NCBI GenBank assembly: GCA_963693365.1 | Contig: CAVNZM010000011.1 | Location: forward strand, 3,976,639-4,040,638 | DNA length: 64,000 nt | Origin: Amoebidium appalachense | Lineage: Eukaryota; Protista; Ichthyosporea | Direction of reading: 5' to 3' | Shown: positions 57,155-64,000 of the stretch, piece after piece | How the letters are laid out: every line of letters begins with the position of its first letter | How positions within the stretch are numbered: position 1 is the first letter of the stretch | Translations under genes and position numbers: made by a program | Notes under the pieces: generated by a model | Seen by the model: the letters and a program-made list of their open reading frames with translations, nothing else | The model's database searches: none | What the model was told of the DNA's origin: nothing

Positions 57155-58122
57155 GGATGAAGGGAGAGGGGGTGAAGGGAGAGAGGGAGGGAGGGGGGGG
57201 GAGAGGGGGGGTTTGAAGGGTGAGGGGGGGTATATTGTATGAACAAGATGCAACCACGCAACACATGCGGAGTAGCACGCACACGTGTTGTGTGTGCGTC
57301 TGTGTCTGTGTCTGTGTGTGTGTGTTTGTGTGTGTGTGTCCGTGTGCATCCGTGCCTGAACAATGGGGGTACTTGTATCCCGGTGGCAACACTGACAAAA
57401 GTCACACAAACGGAGGAAATTCCCAGTGAGGTGTGTTTGTGTGTGCGTGTCAGGGGCAGGGGAGACTGGCGGCGGCCGGAGGGAGGGAGGGAGGGGAGGG
57501 GGGGGGGGGGGGGGGGGGGGGGGTTGTTGATGCATGCAATCGAGGTAGGAAACGTGGGGGTAAAGCATTCGTATCCCCCCCCCCCCCCCAAAAAAAAAAA
57601 AAAAAAAAAAACACAACCCCCCCCCCCCCCCCCCCAAAAAAAAAAAAAAAAAAAAAGAAAAAAAACTGTCAGGAACCATACAAAGAGATGCACTTGCAGG
57701 AGGGAGGGGGGAGGGGGAGAGGAAGCAAATGGTTCAGTTCAAACTGACATAAAATTCAACCGGTTTACTGCAAACAACCTAATAGAAGAAAAATTTTATT
57801 TTGTGTGAGAATATAATGGAGCGCTTCTTTTGGTCACTCACCTCTCTGCCTCCTTCTGCAGCGCAAGCAGCCAATAGCAGGCCGTCGATAAACTGATTGT
57901 TGTGATTGGCTACAAAGATGGCCGGACCGTACTGCGGAATGTTCTCGTGGCCCAGAATGTCGATGTGCGAGAAGAACAGGTTCAGGCAGAAGTCCCACAT
58001 CTGTGCATGATTTAATGATTTAAAACATTGGAACTTCGGAGAGCTTCATAGATCCGAGTTACCGTAAGGCTTTTGCCAGCAACACAGACCGCAGCCAGTA
58101 ACTTTCTGGCGGCTATTTTCCT
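48845..58122 (-). CDS. Glycerol-3-phosphate O-acyltransferase, fungal Sct1/Gpt2-type, multi-exon; 5' end uncertain (possibly to ~59270)
   Basis: Exons encode NHNNQFID (~57900), IPVARAQD, GIFPEG|GSHD, LPLKPGVGIMALG, VPVGLNY..FRGRVVVQFG, ALAGSDVK.G|LDVVATWK and C-terminal TM helices. One apparent frameshift lies in a G run near 56715, probably a homopolymer error. Confidence 0.88.
49518..50260. repeat. Tandem repeat (61-bp core units; 51-73-bp variants) built from a GPAT intron/exon junction
   Basis: CCATGGCCAGGAATATCTGTGGAATAT-type units at 49519, 49592, 49653, 49714, 49775 and 49830, with decayed copies at ~50075-50260. Confidence 0.9.
51843..52022. mobile_element. MITE-like foldback element in a GPAT intron
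   Basis: An imperfect palindrome over its whole length: ACAGAC.ACGTACCCC..AGACTACTG and TGAAATGA.GTCACA arms are mirrored at the right end. No clear TSD. Confidence 0.65.
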
Positions 58123-58512
58123 GCAACAGTAAAGAGGGGTCCACCTCGGAAAAGCGGTTTAGAGCTAGCGCGGCAGGCAGGGACGGGGAAGGAGGGAGGG
58201 GGGGGGGTTGGGGGTTGGAATGAATTGCAGAGTACAAAGCAGGCACACATTTACAACGAGCAACACAATGCAGATTATGCAAAGCGCACACACAGAGTAT
58301 GCAAAGTAAGCAAAGTGACAGAGGGGGGGCAGAAGGGGGGGGGGGGGGGGGGGGGGGAGCACCAAAGGGGTTCTCTTTAATTAAGGCGAAAATACAAAAC
58401 CAAGTGTGAGGGTAGGGCAGGATGGGTGGATTGGCGCTGGGGAGGGGGGGCTACGACACCCAGTGACAACATAAGCTCCCCCCCCCCCCCCCCCCCCCCT
58501 CCCCCCATTCCC

Positions 58513-58543
<31 letters not shown>

Positions 58544-59165
58544 CACATCACTCACAAACACGTGCACACACCGTCACACACACACACACACACACTACAT
58601 CACTCACAAACACGTGCACACACCGTCACACACACACACGCACACACAGGACCACCCCTAGCCCCAACAAACCCCCCCAGTTAGTTGTCTTGGTTCTAGG
58701 AAAAAGCAGTACACCATGAAGCATGTGTATTGAATGAAGGGGCTTTTGGGGTACGTGTGCACGGGGGGTGGGGGAAGGGGCATCGTTATTCAGCATGTGT
58801 ACAATGGAAAGGACAATGTGTATGCGAGTGTGTGTGTTGATGTGTGGGTGCGTGTTGGGGAAAAGGGGGGGGGGGGGGGGGGGGAGGGAATGTTTCTTAC
58901 AGCACGATGTAAGAAAGTGCACACGAGGACAGGTGCACGGGGTGGGTGGGAGTGGAGGAAGATGGGGGGGGGGGGGGGGGGGGAGATAGCTTTCAAGCGT
59001 TCCTTGTGATGGCAATTGGGCCTGTGAGTGTGTGCTGGTCCTTCACTGGAAAGGCTGGGGAGTGGGGGGATTGTGTGGGAGGGGGGTAAGGGGGAGACAG
59101 CAGGGGTGAGGTAAGACGAGATGGGGGAGGGGAGAAGGGGCGCGCAGGGCGGGCGGGCGGGGGGA

Positions 59166-59196
<31 letters not shown>

Positions 59197-62100
59197 ATAC
59201 ATTATCCAGACCGTTCTGCATGATGATATCCATCACGCTGGGCCGGTCGATGTTCCGGTGGATAGACGACATTTTCAAAGGGTGGGGGTCCAAGGACCAA
59301 GACAGCCAACGATATCTGCTTGGTACAGTGGGTCAGCTTGGGGGAAGGAGGGGAGGCGGGGGTTGGGGGGGGGGGGGGGGGGGGGGGGAGGGGGTTGGAT
59401 GGTATGGCAAAACAAGGGGGGAAGCGGGGGAAGGGGGGGGGGGGGGGGGGGGGGGCATGTATATATTGAGGGGTTGGAATAAGGGTGGAAACATCACAAG
59501 ACAAAACAAAAAACGTCAAAAATAAACAAAAACCAGAAGCCAGAAGTCACTTGAACAGAGCACATCATCGTCCGAGCGGAGGGGGGCACGGGGGGAGAAG
59601 TTTGAATGTGTTATAATGTACAAAGAACACATTCATAACGAACAACACAATGCAGAGTGCAAAGTATGCATAAAGATTATGCATAATCAGTAGAATCCTC
59701 GGGGAGGGGGTGAAGTCATCCCCCACAAGGGGGGGAGGGGGGGAGCACGGGAGAGGGGGCAGGCAAAACTGAAAAGGCGGAAAGGAGGCAGGGGGAGGGG
59801 GAGGGGGGAGGTGTGTGTGGGAGAGGGATGGAGGGATTAGGTGGAAGAGAGGGGGGGGGGGGGGGGAGGGGGGGGGGGGAGAGAGAGAGCGAGAGAGAGA
59901 GAGAATATGCCAACGAAGAGAGGAGGACGAAGGGCCGGGGTAAGGGGCAAGTCGGGATCGGTAGGTGCATGGGTTGGGGGGAGGGAAGGCAAGGAGAGGG
60001 GGGAGAGGGGGAGGAGGGGGAAGATTTCGGAAGGGGGCTGGGGTGGATGGCTGGATGGCTTGGAAGCTGGTTTGGAAGTCCGGGGGGAGGAAAGGGAAGG
60101 GGGAATATGGGGGGGGGGGGGGGGGGGGGGATATACTAGAAAAAACGAAAGGGAAGCGAACGTAAGATAAGGAAGTGCGTGAACACACTTCAACCTGTGT
60201 GGAAGCGTTTATTGCTGTATCAAGTGTGTGTTTGCCTGCCCGTATGCATACGCCATGAGCGATTGACGGTGTGTGTGCGTGTGTGTGTGGGTGCGCGCGC
60301 GCGCGCGCGTGTGTGTGTGGTACACACTCCCCCCCCCCCGGTGTGTGTGTATGTGTGTGTGTGTGTGTGTGGCACGCTGTGTCTATGCGTCCACCCGTAT
60401 TCCCCTCTTCCCCCGCCCCTCCTCCCCCCCTCCCCCCCTTCCTTGTGTGTTTGTGGTTGCCGCTCCTGTAAAACACATCCTTTGTAGCTTTTGTGTAGTG
60501 CACCGTGGCCATGTGATTCTCAGGAGCTGGAAGGTTGAAGGTAGGGGAACAGAGGGGAGAGGGGGTCTTGCGGGTTACGGGAAAACCAACGTGCTAAATT
60601 GGCAAATTTGTTAACTAGATTACATGCCCCCTTGGTATCAGCGTTGCTCACTGTGTATTTTTGGCAGTGATGTGTGTCCATCGTGTTGTTCTTGTACGTG
60701 CGCGTGTGAAGCACGACGGGCGATGTCGGTGTAAAATGTGGGTAAACAGGAAGAGAACAGAGTTACCCATGAAGAGAACAGATGGAAACGGAACGGGAAG
60801 AAAGCACTATGCAGGTGTGTATCTGCGGGCCTATTTATTGTGTGCCTGTATACGTGAAGCCTGCTGTTGAATTTACCCGTTGGTGCTGTTGGCGTAAACC
60901 CATGTTTCATGCATCACAAATGTGTGCTGATTGCCACACCAAGTCCTTTCTGACTGTCAAGCGTGGCGTGCATGTGTCTCGCTGTCTTGCCACATTTGCA
61001 TCTAGCGTAAGTACCCACAAGCGCGCAGATTTTTGCATAACTATAAGTCAGTATGCATTGCTCACCTTTATGTTAGCACACGTGCCGCTCAAGTGCTCTC
61101 CGTGATGTGTTCCACACAACCGAACCTTCAGAAAAGTTCAAAACCGCCTTGTCTGAAATGGGGTGTATACTTCCAGACTCCAGAGGACATATGTGCCTAC
61201 ATGCACGCGCTTGCAAAAATACAAACAGACGCAAAGACGCACTCACGCACACCCTCTCTCTCCCAAAGAAAATGGTTTCCTCAACTAAATTCTCTTCCCG
61301 GGCTCGTCCTCTCCTCTCTCCTTTTCCCACCCACAGTCCCACAACAGTCAAACTGCGAGTCGTAAGTTGTAACGTTAAACTAGTGACTTGACCATATGTG
61401 GACTGTAAGAGATACCGTTTTAGCCAATTAAAAACGTCTTTCACCATGGGCTCACCTGATTGGTTCAATAGACGAGATTTGTGCCGGCTTTTTCGGAGGA
61501 CTGTCAAAAGTTTCTATTCGGTATTTTCTTGTGGGTTATCCAGGTTGCTAGAAGGGCCTTAACTGTAGCCAAAAACACCATTAATGAAGAGATTTTAAGT
61601 ATATTGTCACTTATAATTAAGTATCAGTTATATTTCTCAGGTATTTACTAAAGTAGTTGCGCGAATCCTCGCAAGGAAAGATCACAAATACTTGGGCGGT
61701 TAAAAACATTTGGTGGCTTTTGCCCACCTTCAATATTTCTCTTACCACCAATCATAGACCGCTATATATAGCTATATAGAGCTGTACACAGTGATTGGTT
61801 TAGCAGGTGTTGGCCACTCTGCTGACGGACCAGTGACGGTCCGTGACTCACCGTCTGAGACTTGAAACTGATAAATGCTATATTGCTAAAATGGAACAAT
61901 TGTTATCCCTACAGTATGATTTTATAATATATATATTTGAGCTGCATGCTTTTGTATTATTCCTTCTCAAAATATGACCACAGCCGGCAGACGGCCTGAT
62001 CGAGCCGATCGACCGTCATCCTTCTCCCACGCATGACGTCATAGGTAGTCTTTCTCAAAGCCACGGATATAGAGAAGGGTATACGTTCTTTAGGCTATAG

Positions 62101-62602
62101 GACCTTGACTCAACTGAGCTGAAAAAGAAAACAAAGCAGCGTTGTGACCTGCAGACTGTCGATGTCGGTTCAAGTCAACTTGCATGCAAGCAAAATCTTT
62201 CGGATTTCTTTTTGCATGGCTTTTTTAACTTGGATACGCTATTAGCACTGCAAGTTGACGCGTTCAATTGCCTTACAACCACAAATTTTGACTCGTCGTA
62301 AGAGGGTGTAACGCCACAACACCCGTAGATCCGATATTCAACCAGCCCTCCCTTTTTGCATCTTGACCAGATCCCAAACTGCCTTTGGGTAATCAAAGAA
62401 AACGAGATTTTAATCAGTGTTTTTTGGCACCTTTTTACCCTAGTGGTACGCACGATACTTTCAGAATCATACAATCGTCAAACATTCCTGGACATGCATC
62501 CAACCTGAGCCCACGTTTCACAGACGCACATACACGCATGCGTGCACACAGACACACGCACGCACGCACGCACGCGCATAGCCTCACGCACAAAGCCAGA
62601 AA

Positions 62603-62812
62603 ATGGGGGCTCAGCAGGGAAAGTTCCAGTATCGCCCGGGCGAGTGCCTCCAGAAGCAGGATGTACCTCGGGGCCATTTCTGGGCGCTGTACAAAGGGTC
62701 ACTAGCAGGGAAGGAAACCGCACAGCATGGGGTGACTCTGTATGTGCACACAGTACCTCCAGGCCAGAATATGCCCAAGGTTGTGGAGACGGCTGTGGCA
62801 AACGCACTGCAG
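62603..62812 (+). CDS. First exon of a SCY1-like (SCYL3/SCYL1-type) pseudokinase; gene continues beyond
   Basis: MG start (possible myristoylation), W.LYKG..VTLYV..A pattern as in the SCYL N-lobe; ends at CAG|GCAAGT (GC donor). Confidence 0.5.
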
Positions 62813-62837
62813 GCAAGTACCCCCCCCCCCCTCCCCC

Positions 62838-62885
<48 letters not shown>

Positions 62886-63240
62886 ACACCGCCCCTTCCC
62901 TTGACACGCAAGATCCACACCCCGAATCAGCTTCGCCTACACGTACCCTCCCTCCCTCCCTCCTCTCTTCCCCACCTCCTCCCCCCCCCCCCCCCCCCTC
63001 CCTGTTGCTCTGTCTTTCTAAGACTTTCTGTCACAGTTTCATCGTCCCACTTGCCTCCCCGATTTGGTGTCTATGTGCACCTGTCTCAGGTGACTTTGTA
63101 TCCGCTCTACACTAGCTGACTGTCCACAGCACGCGCACACAAGATCCTTCTCCTCCTTTGTCGCAGATTCTAAATGAATTGGCTTCCTCCTCTCTACCTT
63201 GCTCCTTTGCGCGCCTCCCCCCCCCCTCCTCCTCTCTTTT

Positions 63241-63241
<1 letters not shown>

Positions 63242-63332
<91 letters not shown>

Positions 63333-63410
63333 CGCCCCCCCTCTCTCCCCCTATCTCCCTCTCCCCTCTCTTGTCTCTCTCTCTCTATCTCTCTCTCTCT
63401 CTCTCTCTTC
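63242..63410. repeat. (CT)n microsatellite
   Basis: Visible (CT)n runs. Confidence 0.95.
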
Positions 63411-63757
63411 CCTCCGTCCCCCTCCCCCCTCTCTTTCTCTTTTCCTTCCCCCCCCCCCCCCCCCCCCCTCCCCTACGCCTATCTCCCCCCCTCCCTCCCC
63501 GTGCCCCTCTCTCCCCCCTCCCCCCTCCCCCGCCGCCTTTGTGTGCCCACCTACTTCTCACTTCCCCTAGACCCCCATGGATCTTTCTACCTTGGCTCTT
63601 GGTCATTTCTGTCAGAGTATCTTTCTCCTATTCTCACATACCCATCCCCCCCTCCCCCCCCTCGACCCCTTACTTTGAAAGCTCCCCCCCCCCCCCCCCC
63701 CTCCAACCCCCTTTCCCAGGCTTCCTTTGACCCCAATGGCCCGTCAAACGCACTCAT

Positions 63758-63820
<63 letters not shown>

Positions 63821-64000
63821 CACAGAGAGGGAGATGTACATGCCCACTCACCCGCGCACACACACACACACACACACTCCCCCCCTTCCCTCTCTCTCCC
63901 CCCCCCCCCCTCTCTCTCCCCCTCTCCCCCCCCCCCTCTCTTTCTTTCTCTCGCTCTCACTATCTTTCTCCCCCCCTCTCCGTTCCACATACCATCCTGC

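Noticed and set aside
58225-59690. Similar ~80-bp segments at ~58230 and ~59620
   Set aside because: A short degenerate local duplication in intron or UTR sequence with no further structure.

Overview
Eukaryotic nuclear DNA whose introns are full of poly-G/poly-C/poly-A runs and (GT)n/(CA)n tracts. An opisthokont protist such as an ichthyosporean is my guess and cannot be shown from this window. Layout: (1) 1-~4340 is mitochondrial-type DNA, probably a NUMT. It holds the 3' part of rnl with a group II-like intron end, three group I introns and a 4-nt micro-exon, then trnL(UAA), and cox2 (TGA=Trp) with a group I intron carrying a decayed LAGLIDADG ORF. (2) 4.3-24.4 kb is a DNA-transposon cluster. 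It contains a PIF/Harbinger deletion derivative, two palindromic tandem arrays, a spliced Gypsy-type integrase + chromodomain + USP-like protease gene (Ginger-like), a damaged SDR gene and an intact piggyBac transposase. It also contains a TIR-bounded ISL2EU-like element that pairs a THAP-DDE transposase with a convergent Exo1/XPG-family nuclease, the best candidate for an undescribed system. (3) 25.8-29.1 kb has an intronless, GC-rich, possibly T7/NCLDV-type SSB gene next to CATATC repeats and a nested hairpin. (4) 32.8-64 kb has host genes: a secreted protein with three bacterial-like NGDFE domains, a MATE transporter, an Sct1/Gpt2-type GPAT whose splice acceptor is tandemly amplified, and the first exon of a SCYL-like gene. 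All calls come from reading motifs by eye; no searches were run.
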